Of a stretch of DNA of 42,283 nt, positions 29,809-42,283 are shown in pieces. Position 1 is the stretch's first letter. Every line of letters begins with the position of its first letter. Made by a program: the position numbers and the translations under genes. This stretch comes from Candidatus Methylopumilus sp. (GTDB lineage Bacteria > Pseudomonadota > Gammaproteobacteria > Burkholderiales > Methylophilaceae): assembly GCA_049424605.1 (NCBI GenBank), contig JBMSSY010000001.1:1-42283 (forward strand), written 5' to 3'. Under the pieces are notes generated by a model. That model worked only from the letters and a program-made list of their open reading frames with translations, was not told the origin of the DNA and made no database searches.

Positions 29809-30563
29809 GCCTGCATATTGAAAAAATTGGGCAAGGTCAGCCTTTGGTAATGATTCATGGCTGGGGCATGCACAGCGATATGTGGATGCAAGCGCGTGAT
29901 TTACTTAGTCAGCAATTTGAACTACATCTGCTGGATTTGCCGGGCATGGGCTATAGCCAGAGCATGGCTGATTATCGTTTGTCCGCGGTGGCTGAAAAAA
30001 TTGCGCAGGATATCCCGAACAATGCCTATATTTTAGGCTGGTCTTTAGGTGGTTTAATTGCCAGTAAAATCGCCTTAATCACCCCAGTCAAAAAGCTTAT
30101 TTTAGTCGCCAGTACGCCATGTTTCGTGGCGCGTGAAGATTGGCAACAAGGCATGCCTAGCGATGTGTTTGAAAGTTTTTTTGCTGGCGCAATGCAAGAT
30201 TATCAAGGCACCATGCATAAACTATTAGCTTTAATTGCAATGGGAAGCGGCAATGCACGCGCGACCTCAAAAATGCTGCGTGAAGCACTTAGCTTGCGCC
30301 CCGCACCCAATCAGCAAGCCTTGCTTGGTGCATTGGATATTTTACGGACGGCGGATTTACGCGCAGACTTGCACCGCTTAGCAACGCCCACCTTGTTGAT
30401 ACATGGCGCTCACGATAAATTAGCCTCATTAAGTGCCGCTGAGTGGACGGCAAAAACCTTGCCGAATGCAACATTATTCACACTGCCCAGCGCTGCGCAT
30501 GAGCCATTTATTTCACATCCCCAAATCTTCGCCGACAAAATCACTGAGTTTTTACTAGCATGA
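29805..30563 (+). CDS. bioH: Pimeloyl-ACP methyl ester carboxylesterase
   Basis: Alpha/beta hydrolase motifs HGWG, DLPGMG, GWSLGG and AAHEPFISH. Lies within the bio operon. Confidence 0.93.
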   Translation: MSLHIEKIGQGQPLVMIHGWGMHSDMWMQARDLLSQQFELHLLDLPGMGYSQSMADYRLSAVAEKIAQDIPNNAYILGWSLGGLIASKIALITPVKKLILVASTPCFVAREDWQQGMPSDVFESFFAGAMQDYQGTMHKLLALIAMGSGNARATSKMLREALSLRPAPNQQALLGALDILRTADLRADLHRLATPTLLIHGAHDKLASLSAAEWTAKTLPNATLFTLPSAAHEPFISHPQIFADKITEFLLA

Positions 30564-31474
30564 ACGACACCATTCATCAGCAAGATGTTTATCATCTAGA
30601 TAAAGCCCGTGTGCGTGCTTCGTTTGATCGCGCCGCCAATACTTACGATGCCGCCGCCGTGATGCAAAAATTAGTGCGCGAGGAAATGCTCAGCCGTTTA
30701 GAGCTAGTTAATCTGCAAGCTTCACGCATACTGGATGCGGGTTGTGGCACAGGCAAGGCTAGTGTGGCCTTAATGCAAAAATACCCAAAAGCACAAGTCA
30801 TCTCGCTGGATTTGGCGATGGGCATGTTACACAAAACGCAGTCCACGCGCACGCTCAGCCAGCGACTCAAACAAAGTTTAGGCTTGGGCAAGCAATCTGC
30901 GCTATGTGCAGATATTGAGCATCTGCCTTTAGCGGATGGCTGTTTGGATATGGTGTGGTCTAACCTTGCGATTCAATGGTGTAATGACTTAGATGCGGTA
31001 TTTAGTGATATGCATAGAGTGCTGCGCACCGATGGCTTGCTGATGTTTAGCACGCTTGGCCCCGATACCCTCAAAGAGCTGCGTGCGGCTTCTAGCCTTG
31101 ATGATGAGCATATTCACGTTAGCCGTTTTATTGATATGCATGATATAGGCGATGCTTTGGTGCGTGCTGGCTTTGCCGCGCCAGTATTGGATGTTGAGCG
31201 CATCACTTTGACTTACGATGACGTGATATCGGTGATGCGAGATTTAAAGTCTATTGGCGCACATAATGCTGCTGATGGCCGTGGGCGCGGCTTGCAAGGG
31301 CGCGGCTTTTTAAAGCAAATCACTGAAAACTACCAGCGTTTTAGAAAAGATGGCAAACTGCCCGCGACTTTCGAAGTGGTGTATGGACATGCTTGGAAAC
31401 CTGCCGCCAGACCAAAAACTAAAATTGACCTTGGGACAGGCTTAGCGCCTGTGACCTTCCATGGCAAAAAATAA
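30560..31474 (+). CDS. bioC: Malonyl-ACP O-methyltransferase
   Basis: SFDRAA.TYD, ILDAGCGTG, WSNLAIQW, STLGPDTLKEL and FIDMHDIGD motifs. Confidence 0.95.
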   Translation: MNDTIHQQDVYHLDKARVRASFDRAANTYDAAAVMQKLVREEMLSRLELVNLQASRILDAGCGTGKASVALMQKYPKAQVISLDLAMGMLHKTQSTRTLSQRLKQSLGLGKQSALCADIEHLPLADGCLDMVWSNLAIQWCNDLDAVFSDMHRVLRTDGLLMFSTLGPDTLKELRAASSLDDEHIHVSRFIDMHDIGDALVRAGFAAPVLDVERITLTYDDVISVMRDLKSIGAHNAADGRGRGLQGRGFLKQITENYQRFRKDGKLPATFEVVYGHAWKPAARPKTKIDLGTGLAPVTFHGKK

Positions 31475-32150
31475 ACTAGGATTTTTTATTACTGGCACCG
31501 ATACCGATGTGGGTAAAACCTATATCGCCAGCGCATTGGTGCGCCATTTTGCGCAGCAAGGTAACAGCGTTGTTGGCATGAAGCCCGTTGCCGCTGGCGC
31601 TGAGCTGGTCGATGGTCGATTGCTCAATAGTGATGTTGCCGCGCTGATGCAGGCTAGCAATGTTGATGCGCCTGTAGCGCTCATCAACCCTTATGTATTT
31701 GCCCCTGCCATGGCGCCGCATATTGCTGCGGAGCAAGCGGGCGTGACAGTTTCATTAGATAAGATTCAGCAAGCTTTTGATTGCTTGCAAGCGCAAGCCG
31801 ATGTGGTGGTGGTTGAGGGCGCAGGCGGTTTTCGTGTGCCGATTAATCGCCAAGCAACCATGGCGGATTTGGCTGTGCAACTCAATTTGCCAGTGATCAT
31901 GGTGGTGGGTATTCGCCTAGGTTGTATCAATCACGCTTTGATGACGGCTGGCTCCATTAAGGCGGCAGGGCTTAATTTGGCGGGTTGGGTGGCCAATCGG
32001 ATAGATCCCAATATGCTGGCGATGGAGGAAAATATCGCTACCTTAAAAGCAATGATTAAAGTGCCTTGTATTGCTGATGTGGCTTGGGGCGCAAGGCCTA
32101 ATTTTGCTGATTTTTGCGGCCTTGCTTATAACGATAAGTCAGTAAAATAA
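31461..32150 (+). CDS. bioD: Dethiobiotin synthetase
   Basis: FITGTDTDVGKT P-loop, KPVA, VEGAGG and LGCINH. Confidence 0.97.
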   Translation: MAKNKLGFFITGTDTDVGKTYIASALVRHFAQQGNSVVGMKPVAAGAELVDGRLLNSDVAALMQASNVDAPVALINPYVFAPAMAPHIAAEQAGVTVSLDKIQQAFDCLQAQADVVVVEGAGGFRVPINRQATMADLAVQLNLPVIMVVGIRLGCINHALMTAGSIKAAGLNLAGWVANRIDPNMLAMEENIATLKAMIKVPCIADVAWGARPNFADFCGLAYNDKSVK

Positions 32151-32580
32151 TGATGCCTGCCACATTGGGATACCAAATATACCAATGTGACCAAGGAATG
32201 CCATCAATACTAAAATCTGAAAGTGGCCAAAATAGTGGCGTGGCAAAGTAGGCTTTGGCGTGAAATGGAAAATCCAGCAGAATGTGAAAAGGCCAAGCGA
32301 ACATCGCAAAAGCAATGTCTTTGCGCCACATCCATGCCAAGCCAATCACGCTAAAGCAAATCAGCACGCTATGCCCAAAGGCGTAGTTGGTAAATAGCCA
32401 AGGCGGCAGTGTTTCTAGCGGCGGTTTGCCGAAATGCCAAGTGCCATTCAGCATGTTAAATAGCATAAACGCGCCGAATGAAATTAAATCAGGCGCCGCA
32501 CCGAAGAAGATTGCAATCCAAGCATGACGCTTATGACCGAACAATCCATATCCCCAAAGTGCGTGACTAAAAGTATCCAT
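32098..32580 (-). CDS. Inner-membrane metal-dependent hydrolase-like protein (YdjM-like)
   Basis: MDTFSHALW, PD, HS and HILLD motifs, then P.FWP.S. Multiple TMs. The start overlaps the nadD stop (TAATG). Confidence 0.8.
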   Translation of the reverse strand: MDTFSHALWGYGLFGHKRHAWIAIFFGAAPDLISFGAFMLFNMLNGTWHFGKPPLETLPPWLFTNYAFGHSVLICFSVIGLAWMWRKDIAFAMFAWPFHILLDFPFHAKAYFATPLFWPLSDFSIDGIPWSHWYIWYPNVAGIIILLTYRYKQGRKNQQN

Positions 32581-33218
32581 TAAGCCTGTTCATATAAATG
32601 ATGTTGTTGAATGTAATTGAGCACAGATTTAGGGATAAGTTGACTGACATCACCTTTTAATGCGATTTGTTGGCGAATATAGGTCGATGAAATATCCAGC
32701 GCAGCGATTTCTTGCATCAGTATTTTTCCGTGCGCTGTATTCTTTAGCTGGCTTGCATCATCTGTTTGATGCGCGGCAATCAGTGCTTGGACTTGCGCAT
32801 GGGGGATTGAATCTTCGGTTTGCGGACGCTTAACCACCACAAAATGGCAGTAGTCTAAAAGCGTCTCCCAGCGGTGCCAAGTGTTGAGTTTAGCAAACGC
32901 ATCTGAGCCTATCAGCCAACAAATACTGCGCTGCTCGCCAAGCTCTGCGCGCAATGAAATCAGCGTGTCTATGCTATAAGAAGGGCCTGGGCGTTCAAGT
33001 TCGCGGGTATCAATCTGCAATGCAGCATGGTCAGCGATAGCGAGTTTTACCATCTCAGCGCGTTGAGCGGCGCTCACGCTGGGCTGGTGTTTTAAGGCGG
33101 GTATAGCGGCGGGCATCAAGCGTATGGCATCAAATCCCAACGCATGTTGCAAGCGTTCAGCAACATGCAGATGACCATTGTGGATGGGATTAAATGTGCC
33201 GCCTAAAATGCCTATCAT
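32580..33218 (-). CDS. nadD: Nicotinate-nucleotide adenylyltransferase
   Basis: GGTFNPIHNGH, SYSIDTL, IGSDAF..L.TWHRW and ISSTYIR motifs. Confidence 0.97.
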   Translation of the reverse strand: MIGILGGTFNPIHNGHLHVAERLQHALGFDAIRLMPAAIPALKHQPSVSAAQRAEMVKLAIADHAALQIDTRELERPGPSYSIDTLISLRAELGEQRSICWLIGSDAFAKLNTWHRWETLLDYCHFVVVKRPQTEDSIPHAQVQALIAAHQTDDASQLKNTAHGKILMQEIAALDISSTYIRQQIALKGDVSQLIPKSVLNYIQQHHLYEQA

Positions 33219-33227
33219 TGCGAATGC

Positions 33228-34490
33228 TTAGGCGCGGACATGCCCGTCACCCAATACGATGTATTTGAGCGAGGTTAAACCTTCTAAGCCCACTGGGCCG
33301 CGAGCATGGAGCTTGTCGGTTGAAATGCCAATTTCGGCTCCCAAGCCATATTCAAAGCCGTCCGCAAAGCGAGTAGATGCGTTGACCATCACACTGCTGG
33401 AATCCACTTCACGCAAGAATCGGCGCGCTTTGGTGTAGTTTTCCGTGACTATCGCTTCTGTGTGTTGTGATGAATGTTGGTTGATATGCGTAATCGCTTC
33501 ATCCAAATCTGCCACCACTTTGCAGGAAATAATGGCATCTAAATATTCAGTATAAAAGTCTTCCTCTGTGCCTGGTTTGGCCGCTTTTACCAAAGCGCAG
33601 GTTGCTGCGCAGCCGCGTATCTCTATGCCTTTGCTAATCAGCATCTCGGCAATTTTTGGCAACATAGTGTTGGCTACGCTACGCGCAATCAATAAAGACT
33701 CTGTGGTATTACAAGTGCCTAAGCGTTGCGTTTTTGAGTTTTCAACAATGCGTAGCGCTTTGTCTAAATCAGCATCATCATCGACATATACATGGCAATT
33801 GCCGTCTAAATGCTTAATCACAGGGATGCGAGCATCTTTGGAAATGCGCTCAATTAAGCCTTTGCCTCCGCGTGGCACAATCACATCTACAAAGGCCTGC
33901 ATGGTGATTAACTCACCTACCGCGGCGCGGTCTGTGGTTTCTATTACTTGCACCGCAGCTTTAGGCAGGCCAGCCGCCGCCAAGCCTTCATGCACTAATT
34001 TGGCTAAGGCTTGGTTGCAGTGCATGGCCTCAGAGCCGCCACGCAAAATCGCGGCATTGCCAGATTTAATGCAAAGGCCAGCTGCATCTACAGTGACGTT
34101 AGGACGGGCTTCATAAATGATGCCTATCACGCCAAGTGGCACCCGCATTTTGCCGATTTGAATGCCAGAAGGACGATATTTCATATCGCTGATTTCACCT
34201 ATCGGGTCAGCGAGGCTAGCGATTTGTTGCAGACCTTCTGCCATGGTGGCGATAGATTTTTCCGATAGACTTAGACGATCTAACATTGCCGCATCCATGC
34301 CACTTGCTTTTGCCGCGGCAAGGTCTTGTTGGTTGGCGGCAAGCAAGGCATCTTTTTCACGCAAAATGGCTTTAGCGATGGTAGTGAGGGCTAAATTTTT
34401 AGTGTTGGTTTCTGCTTTTGCCATGGCGCGTGAGGCTTTACGAGCTTCAACGCCAACATTGTGCATATAATTTTTAATATCCATATTCAT
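33228..34490 (-). CDS. proA: Gamma-glutamyl phosphate reductase
   Basis: [25 protein letters not shown] and [30 protein letters not shown] motifs. Confidence 0.98.
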   Translation of the reverse strand: MNMDIKNYMHNVGVEARKASRAMAKAETNTKNLALTTIAKAILREKDALLAANQQDLAAAKASGMDAAMLDRLSLSEKSIATMAEGLQQIASLADPIGEISDMKYRPSGIQIGKMRVPLGVIGIIYEARPNVTVDAAGLCIKSGNAAILRGGSEAMHCNQALAKLVHEGLAAAGLPKAAVQVIETTDRAAVGELITMQAFVDVIVPRGGKGLIERISKDARIPVIKHLDGNCHVYVDDDADLDKALRIVENSKTQRLGTCNTTESLLIARSVANTMLPKIAEMLISKGIEIRGCAATCALVKAAKPGTEEDFYTEYLDAIISCKVVADLDEAITHINQHSSQHTEAIVTENYTKARRFLREVDSSSVMVNASTRFADGFEYGLGAEIGISTDKLHARGPVGLEGLTSLKYIVLGDGHVRA

Positions 34491-34511
34491 TCCAAATGAT
34501 TGAATGTGTGC

Positions 34512-35537
34512 TTATCGAGTTCTTGGGCGTGCCGTTATTTTAGCTAAGCCAAAACATAAACGTGTAATTTCTAACCAAGCATCGCCTTGCATCATGCCTT
34601 TGCTGATTTTATCAATATCTGCCAGTTTTAATAATGCTGCTTGTAATTGCTTCAGGCTTAATCTGGGGAGTACGCGTCTGGCAAAAGCTTCTTTTTCGTA
34701 GTAAAGCTTGGCATTTTTCATGGCGGCATTTAAGTTTTCACCGCGTGTTTCTGCCTGCTTTACTTTAAGCAAAGGCGTAATCGCCCAAATAAGCGGATTC
34801 ATCACAACCACCGCTTGCGCGCCTTCGTCCTTAAGCCCTTCTAAAATACGTACCGTGCGGTCAACATCGCCTGTTAACACGGCTTCGCCCAGTTGTACCG
34901 CATCAAAGCGCGAAACATTCAGCACCGCCGCACGCACATCTTCCCCAGCAATTGCGCCCGCAGGGTAGAGCAAGCCTAGCTTTTGAATCTCCTGATGCGC
35001 GGCCAGTAAATTACCCTCTACTTGGTTGGCCATAAAGCTTAATGTTTCTGCATCGGTACTTTGTTTTTGCACAGCTAAACGGTTGGCAATCCACTGCGGT
35101 AATTGTGCAGGCCCAACTTCATGCAACTCAATAAAAATACTGTGTTGTTGCAAAGCCATATACCAAGCGCTTTTTGCATCACGCCAATCAACTTTGGGCA
35201 GGATAATCACGGTAATCGTATCAGGCAAAGCCTGATTTGCCAGCGCTTGCAAAACCTTGCTGCCATCTAAGCCTGGTTTGCCAGTAGGAATATTGATTTC
35301 TAATAAACGCTGACTGGCAAACAAAGACATGGCCTGTCCAAATTCAGCGATTTGTCCCCAGTTAAAATAACGGTCAACCGTCAGGCTAGTGCGTTCATCA
35401 ACGCCTTGTAGTCGCGCTTGTGTGCGGATGGCATCTAAGCATTCACGTTGCGATAAAGGCTCATCCCCCGTTAATACATACAGCGGCTTAAGCCCGTTGC
35501 TGAGGTGTTGGCTGATTTGTTGAGGCGTCAAATTCAT
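34512..35537 (-). CDS. holA: DNA polymerase III delta subunit
   Basis: LKPLYVLTGDEPL, MSLFA and EGNLLAAHQEIQKL motifs. leuS-lptE-holA synteny. Confidence 0.95.
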   Translation of the reverse strand: MNLTPQQISQHLSNGLKPLYVLTGDEPLSQRECLDAIRTQARLQGVDERTSLTVDRYFNWGQIAEFGQAMSLFASQRLLEINIPTGKPGLDGSKVLQALANQALPDTITVIILPKVDWRDAKSAWYMALQQHSIFIELHEVGPAQLPQWIANRLAVQKQSTDAETLSFMANQVEGNLLAAHQEIQKLGLLYPAGAIAGEDVRAAVLNVSRFDAVQLGEAVLTGDVDRTVRILEGLKDEGAQAVVVMNPLIWAITPLLKVKQAETRGENLNAAMKNAKLYYEKEAFARRVLPRLSLKQLQAALLKLADIDKISKGMMQGDAWLEITRLCFGLAKITARPRTR

Positions 35538-35560
35538 ATTTGAACGATGTAGGCAAATGC

Positions 35561-36064
35561 CTAGTTCACAGCCTTGGCTTTAGGTTTTTGTGCAACCAAG
35601 CGACGCATTAATTCTCGTGTTGCATCACGGCGCATATCGTCATACAGCATGGTTTCTTCATAAGACTTAGACAGCAATTCGGTATCTAAGTATGAGAAGT
35701 CACGGCGATTTTCAATGATTTGTTCAGCGCCCCAAAGCGGATTAGACGCTTCACGAAGACGGAATTTTACCCGATAGAATAATTCAAACTCACGCACCGA
35801 ACCTGTGCCGCCCAATGAAAGAATGCGCTTTTCAACGCCGTCACTCATTAACTCCAGCATTAACTCAGCCTCATCAGGGTCTTTGACTATGCTCACACCA
35901 TTGGTTTTTAGTGAGTTGATGAGATCTTTGGAAATGCTGGCCGTGCCTTTGATATACAGTTTGTTGAATGCTAAATCTGCGCTGCCACGCATATGAAAAC
36001 CACACGCCACTAAAAAACTGGCAAAAAGTAACACAGTCAACTGACGTGCGATTTTGATTTGCAT
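35561..36064 (-). CDS. lptE: LPS assembly lipoprotein LptE
   Basis: Lipobox LVACGFHMRG. Lies between leuS and holA. The start at 36064 avoids overlap with leuS. Confidence 0.93.
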   Translation of the reverse strand: MQIKIARQLTVLLFASFLVACGFHMRGSADLAFNKLYIKGTASISKDLINSLKTNGVSIVKDPDEAELMLELMSDGVEKRILSLGGTGSVREFELFYRVKFRLREASNPLWGAEQIIENRRDFSYLDTELLSKSYEETMLYDDMRRDATRELMRRLVAQKPKAKAVN

Positions 36065-36068
36065 GGTT

Positions 36069-38651
<2,583 letters not shown>

Positions 38652-39737
38652 TTACACGTTAAATCTAAAGTGCATCACATCGCCATCTTGCACGATATAT
38701 TCTTTGCCCTCTAAGCGCATTTTGCCAGCTTCTTTGGCGCCTTGTTCGCCTTTGTGGGCAACAAACTCATTAAATGCGATTACTTCTGCGCGGATAAAGC
38801 CACGTTCAAAGTCGGTATGAATCACGCCTGCCGCTTGTGGAGCGGTTGAGCCTTTGCGGACTGTCCAAGCGCGGACTTCTTTTACGCCTGCGGTAAAGTA
38901 GGTTTCTAGGCCAAGTAGGGCGTATGCAGCGCGTACTACGCGGTCCAAGCCTGGCTCACTTAAGCCTAACTCTTCTAAAAATAGGGCTTTGTCTTCGTCT
39001 TCTAGGTCTGAGATTTCTGCTTCAATTTTGGCGCAGATGCTCACCACTGGTGAGCCTTCTTTTTTGCCTAATTCGACAATTGCGTCGAGTAATGGATTGT
39101 TGGTGAAGCCTGTTTCATCCACGTTGGCGATGTACATCACTGGTTTTACAGTAATCAGACAAAGTGGTTTTAATAGCTGTAGTTCGTCTGCATCCAAACC
39201 TAGTGTGCGAACGGCTTTGCCTTGGTCTAAGCCCGCTTGTACTTTGGCTAATACAGCACAAAGAGCGATGGCTTCTTTATCGCCTGATTTTGCTTTTTTG
39301 CTTTCGCGCTGAACCGTTTTATCAACAGTTTCCATGTCGGCAAGTGCTAGTTCGGTGTTGATGGTTTCAACGTCTGAAAGCGGGTCAACTTTGTTGGCAA
39401 CGTGCACAACATTGGCATCGTTAAAGCAACGAACAACGTGTGCAATAGCGTCTGTTTCACGAATATTGGCTAAGAATTTATTGCCTAAACCTTCGCCTTT
39501 GGATGCGCCAGCCACTAGGCCTGCGATATCTACGAACTCAACAATGGCGGGTTGTACTTTTTGCGGCTTGACGATATCAATCAAGGGTTGCATGCGTGGA
39601 TCAGGAACTTCAACGATGCCGACGTTAGGCTCAATCGTGCAGAAAGGGTAGTTTTCTGCTGCGATACCTGCTTTGGTGATGGCGTTGAAGAGCGTTGATT
39701 TACCTACATTGGGTAGGCCGACAATTCCGCATTTCAT
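38652..39737 (-). CDS. ychF: Redox-regulated ATPase YchF
   Basis: [31 protein letters not shown] and the C-terminal TGS domain ending [11 protein letters not shown]. Confidence 0.99.
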   Translation of the reverse strand: MKCGIVGLPNVGKSTLFNAITKAGIAAENYPFCTIEPNVGIVEVPDPRMQPLIDIVKPQKVQPAIVEFVDIAGLVAGASKGEGLGNKFLANIRETDAIAHVVRCFNDANVVHVANKVDPLSDVETINTELALADMETVDKTVQRESKKAKSGDKEAIALCAVLAKVQAGLDQGKAVRTLGLDADELQLLKPLCLITVKPVMYIANVDETGFTNNPLLDAIVELGKKEGSPVVSICAKIEAEISDLEDEDKALFLEELGLSEPGLDRVVRAAYALLGLETYFTAGVKEVRAWTVRKGSTAPQAAGVIHTDFERGFIRAEVIAFNEFVAHKGEQGAKEAGKMRLEGKEYIVQDGDVMHFRFNV

Positions 39738-39764
39738 AATTTTTCCTGTTCAGTAAATTCGTGA

Positions 39765-40343
39765 CTAATGTTTAGTGTGCAATTTTAACATTGCCGCTTC
39801 AAACTCGCCTTTTAATAGCATGGGCAAAAGCTTGGTGCTTTGGTCGATATTTTCTTCAATGGCGCGCATTTCATCGCGGCTTGGGTCATGCAATACGAAG
39901 TTTGCAACGGCACTTTTATCCCCAGGATGTCCGATGCCTAAGCGTAAACGCCAAAAATCAGGTGTGCCTAACTGTGCGGCAATATCTTTTAGGCCGTTGT
40001 GTCCGCCGTGACCGCCGCCTTTTTTGAGTTTGACTGTGCCAGGCGGTAAATCCAGTTCATCATGCACCACTAACACAGACTCAGGGGCGATTTTATAAAA
40101 TTTAGCCAGTGCTGCAACCGACCTTCCACTGGCATTCATAAAGGTAGTGGGTTTAAGTAGCCATGCTTCATCATGGCTGGATTTTAAACGGCCAGCATGG
40201 CCAAAAAACTTGGCTTCTAGCTTGAGCGTGCTCCCGGTTTCTGCGCAGATTTGATCAACCCACCAAAAGCCTGCATTGTGGCGAGTGGATTCATATTGGG
40301 CGCCTGGGTTGCCTAGGCCAACAATTAGTTTGATTTGACTCAT
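39765..40343 (-). CDS. pth: Peptidyl-tRNA hydrolase
   Basis: [32 protein letters not shown] and GGHNGLK motifs. Confidence 0.98.
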   Translation of the reverse strand: MSQIKLIVGLGNPGAQYESTRHNAGFWWVDQICAETGSTLKLEAKFFGHAGRLKSSHDEAWLLKPTTFMNASGRSVAALAKFYKIAPESVLVVHDELDLPPGTVKLKKGGGHGGHNGLKDIAAQLGTPDFWRLRLGIGHPGDKSAVANFVLHDPSRDEMRAIEENIDQSTKLLPMLLKGEFEAAMLKLHTKH

Positions 40344-40383
40344 GGTGATCGTCGCTCATCTAGTTTGAATGCCTCAAAATAAT

Positions 40384-40416
40384 AACGCGCGTTCCGGAAA
40401 AACCGAAACGCGCGTT
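40384..40416 (-). terminator. Probable terminator hairpin after rplY
   Basis: AACGCGCGTT...AACGCGCGTT stem followed by ATTATTTT on the minus strand. Confidence 0.7.
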
Positions 40417-40439
40417 GTCGAGGCCAATCACACAGGTGA

Positions 40440-41057
40440 TTAAGCTTCTGGTGTTGCTTCTGCTTCTTCAGCGGCTGCAGCTGCGCCACCGCGAGTTTTT
40501 GCGATGCTTGCAACAGCAACGTCTGCGCCATGCGCCAATTGTACGAACTCAACGCCTTTAGGCAATTTGATTTCTGACAAGTGAACTGAATGACCCATTT
40601 CTAGGTTAGTTAAGTCAACTTCGATAAACTCTGGCAAGTCTTTTGCCAAGCAGCTTACGTCAGCTTCTGTGGCGATGTGAGCAACGATACCGCCGCCAAC
40701 TTTAACGCCTGGAGCGATGTCACCGTTGATGAAGTGCAATGGCACTTTCACGTGGATTTTTTCTGTTGCGCTAACACGTTGAAAGTCGATGTGTTGAATA
40801 GTGTTACGCACTGGATGCATTTGGTAGTCACGTAATAATACAGACTCTTTTTTGCCATCTAGGTTAAGCGTTAAGATAGAAGCGTGGAATGCTTCATGGC
40901 GGAATTCCATGAACAATGCTTTCATATCAAATTCAATGCTTACTGCGTCTTTACCAGCACCATAAACCACACCTGGTACTTTAGCTGAACGGCGAAGACG
41001 GCGGCTCGCACCCGTACCTTTCGCTGCACGTGTTACTGCTGAGATTTCAATCGTCAT
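40440..41057 (-). CDS. rplY: 50S ribosomal protein bL25 (long CTC form)
   Basis: GTGASRRLRR, VPGVVYG, HIDFQRV and a CTC C-terminal domain. AGGAG RBS before the ATG at 41057. Confidence 0.97.
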   Translation of the reverse strand: MTIEISAVTRAAKGTGASRRLRRSAKVPGVVYGAGKDAVSIEFDMKALFMEFRHEAFHASILTLNLDGKKESVLLRDYQMHPVRNTIQHIDFQRVSATEKIHVKVPLHFINGDIAPGVKVGGGIVAHIATEADVSCLAKDLPEFIEVDLTNLEMGHSVHLSEIKLPKGVEFVQLAHGADVAVASIAKTRGGAAAAAEEAEATPEA

Positions 41058-41100
41058 TTTTACTACTCCTAAATTTAACCAAAATAAAACTTTTGGCTTT

Positions 41101-41160
41101 TCAAAAACTGTTATCCGCGACCAGATAACAGGGGGTGTTGAGCTTGTTGCCAAGCTCATC
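41101..41160 (-). promoter_or_regulatory. Putative rplY (L25) leader RNA structure
   Basis: Two hairpins on the minus strand: TGAGCTTG-GCAA-CAAGCTCA, and CTGTTATC-TGGTCGCG-GATAACAG followed by TTTTT. Confidence 0.55.
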
Positions 41161-41171
41161 GAAACTTTTAA

Positions 41172-42122
41172 TTAATCATCAAACAATGAGCTGACAGAGT
41201 CTTCATTGCTGATACGGCGGATGGTTTCAGCCATCAGCTCGCCCACGCTTAATTGGCGAATCTTTTTACAAGCAATCGCATCGGCACGCAGTGGGATGGT
41301 GTCCGTGACTACTAATTCATCAAGCTCCGAAGCGCTAATGCGTTCGATAGCCGTGCCTGAAAGCACAGGGTGGGTACAGTAGGCAACAACTTTAATGGCG
41401 CCTTTTTTCTTGAGCGCTGAAGCTGCTTCGCACAGCGTGTTGGCGGTATCGACCATATCATCCATGATGACGCAGGTGCGTCCAGCAACATCACCAATAA
41501 TGTTCATCACCTTGGCGACATTGGCTTTAGGACGACGTTTGTCGATAATCGCCAAATCCGAACCCATTTGCTTGGCCAATGCACGAGCCCGCACCACGCC
41601 ACCCACATCAGGTGAAACCACCACTAAGTTGTGATGGCTTTGTTTGGTGAGGTCATCAAGCAATACGGGTGATGCGTAGATGTTGTCGACAGGAATTTCA
41701 AAAAAGCCTTGGATTTGATCAGAGTGCAAATCCATGGTCAGTAAACGATTAACGCCAACGCTAGTGAGCATATTGGCCACCACTTTTGCGGTAATGGCAA
41801 CGCGGGCAGAGCGTGGACGGCGGTCTTGTCGAGAATAACCAAAATAAGGAATAGCGGCGGTGATGCGGCCTGCTGAGGCGCGGCGGAGTGCGTCTACCAT
41901 TACCATGACTTCCATCAGCGTGTCATTGGTTGGCGCGCAAGTTGATTGCAATACAAAAACATCTTTGCCGCGCACATTGTCTTGCAGTTCAACCATGACT
42001 TCACCATCGCTGAAACGGTCAACAGTTGCACGTCCCAACTCCATGCCTAAGTGCTTTGCCACTTTTTTAGCAAGCTTAGGATTGGCAGTGCCTGTAAACA
42101 CCATCATGTCGCCTTTGGCCAC
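41172..42122 (-). CDS. prs: Ribose-phosphate pyrophosphokinase
   Basis: [34 protein letters not shown] and DDMVDT motifs. GTG start. Confidence 0.98.
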   Translation of the reverse strand: MAKGDMMVFTGTANPKLAKKVAKHLGMELGRATVDRFSDGEVMVELQDNVRGKDVFVLQSTCAPTNDTLMEVMVMVDALRRASAGRITAAIPYFGYSRQDRRPRSARVAITAKVVANMLTSVGVNRLLTMDLHSDQIQGFFEIPVDNIYASPVLLDDLTKQSHHNLVVVSPDVGGVVRARALAKQMGSDLAIIDKRRPKANVAKVMNIIGDVAGRTCVIMDDMVDTANTLCEAASALKKKGAIKVVAYCTHPVLSGTAIERISASELDELVVTDTIPLRADAIACKKIRQLSVGELMAETIRRISNEDSVSSLFDD

Positions 42123-42142
42123 AGTGGATTCCTTTACGCTAT

Positions 42143-42174
42143 AAAAACAAAAAAAGCGTGTAATGCTACACGCT
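42143..42174 (-). terminator. Terminator-like hairpin after tRNA-Gln
   Basis: AGCGTGTA-gcat-TACACGCT followed by a U-run on the minus strand. Confidence 0.75.
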
Positions 42175-42188
42175 CCGTCTTGTAATAC

Positions 42189-42265
42189 TGGCTGGGGAAG
42201 AAGGATTCGAACCTTCGCATGCCGGAATCAAAATCCGGTGCCTTAACCAGCTTGGCGACTCCCCA
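42189..42265 (-). tRNA. tRNA-Gln(TTG)
   Basis: The minus strand reads TGGGGAGTCGCCAAGCTGGTTAAGGCACCGGATTTTGATTCCGGCATGCGAAGGTTCGAATCCTTCTTCCCCAGCCA. It folds as a cloverleaf with anticodon TTG, a GTTCGAATC T-loop and an encoded CCA. Confidence 0.98.
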
Positions 42266-42283
42266 TTTGATCTTTACCTAAAG

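Noticed and set aside
33568-34116. 182-aa antisense ORF within proA
   Set aside because: In-register antisense shadow typical of codon-biased genes, with no family features.
40340-40552. 70-aa ORF between rplY and pth
   Set aside because: Overlaps the rplY 3' end in another frame and spans the terminator hairpin.
41058-41159. Extended rplY start at 41159 (likewise lptE 36133, gpsA 24914, SH3 24415, secB 24006, bioF 28615)
   Set aside because: Downstream ATGs have better RBS context, match family N-termini or avoid long overlaps with neighbouring genes and hairpins.

Overview
Mostly core-genome DNA from a moderate-GC betaproteobacterium. Protein style and gene order suggest Methylophilaceae (inference, not a database result). 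In order the window holds hemJ (5' fragment), a TlpA thioredoxin, a large FAD/Fe-S oxidoreductase, phoR-phoB with a near-consensus Pho box, ribH-nusB, lpxH-ppiB, an L,D-transpeptidase plus TPR protein pair sharing an NTF2-like C-terminal domain, cysS, a heavy-metal-type RND cluster, pyrD, envC-gpmI, grxC-secB-SH3-gpsA, trmL-comF, a membrane ORF plus bioBFHCD, the minus-strand leuS-lptE-holA-proA-nadD-hydrolase run and tRNA-Gln-prs-rplY-pth-ychF. I saw no mobile elements, CRISPR arrays or rRNA. The best candidate for an undescribed system is 13.1-19.5 kb. There a 100-aa upstream ORF has a signal-like N-terminus, an acidic middle and a C-terminal P-K-R-P-P arrest-peptide-like motif. It is followed by a long hairpin, a CzcCBA-like efflux pump and a degenerate Cys/His-bearing PII-like protein. 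This could be a ribosome-stalling-controlled metal efflux module with its own PII sensor.
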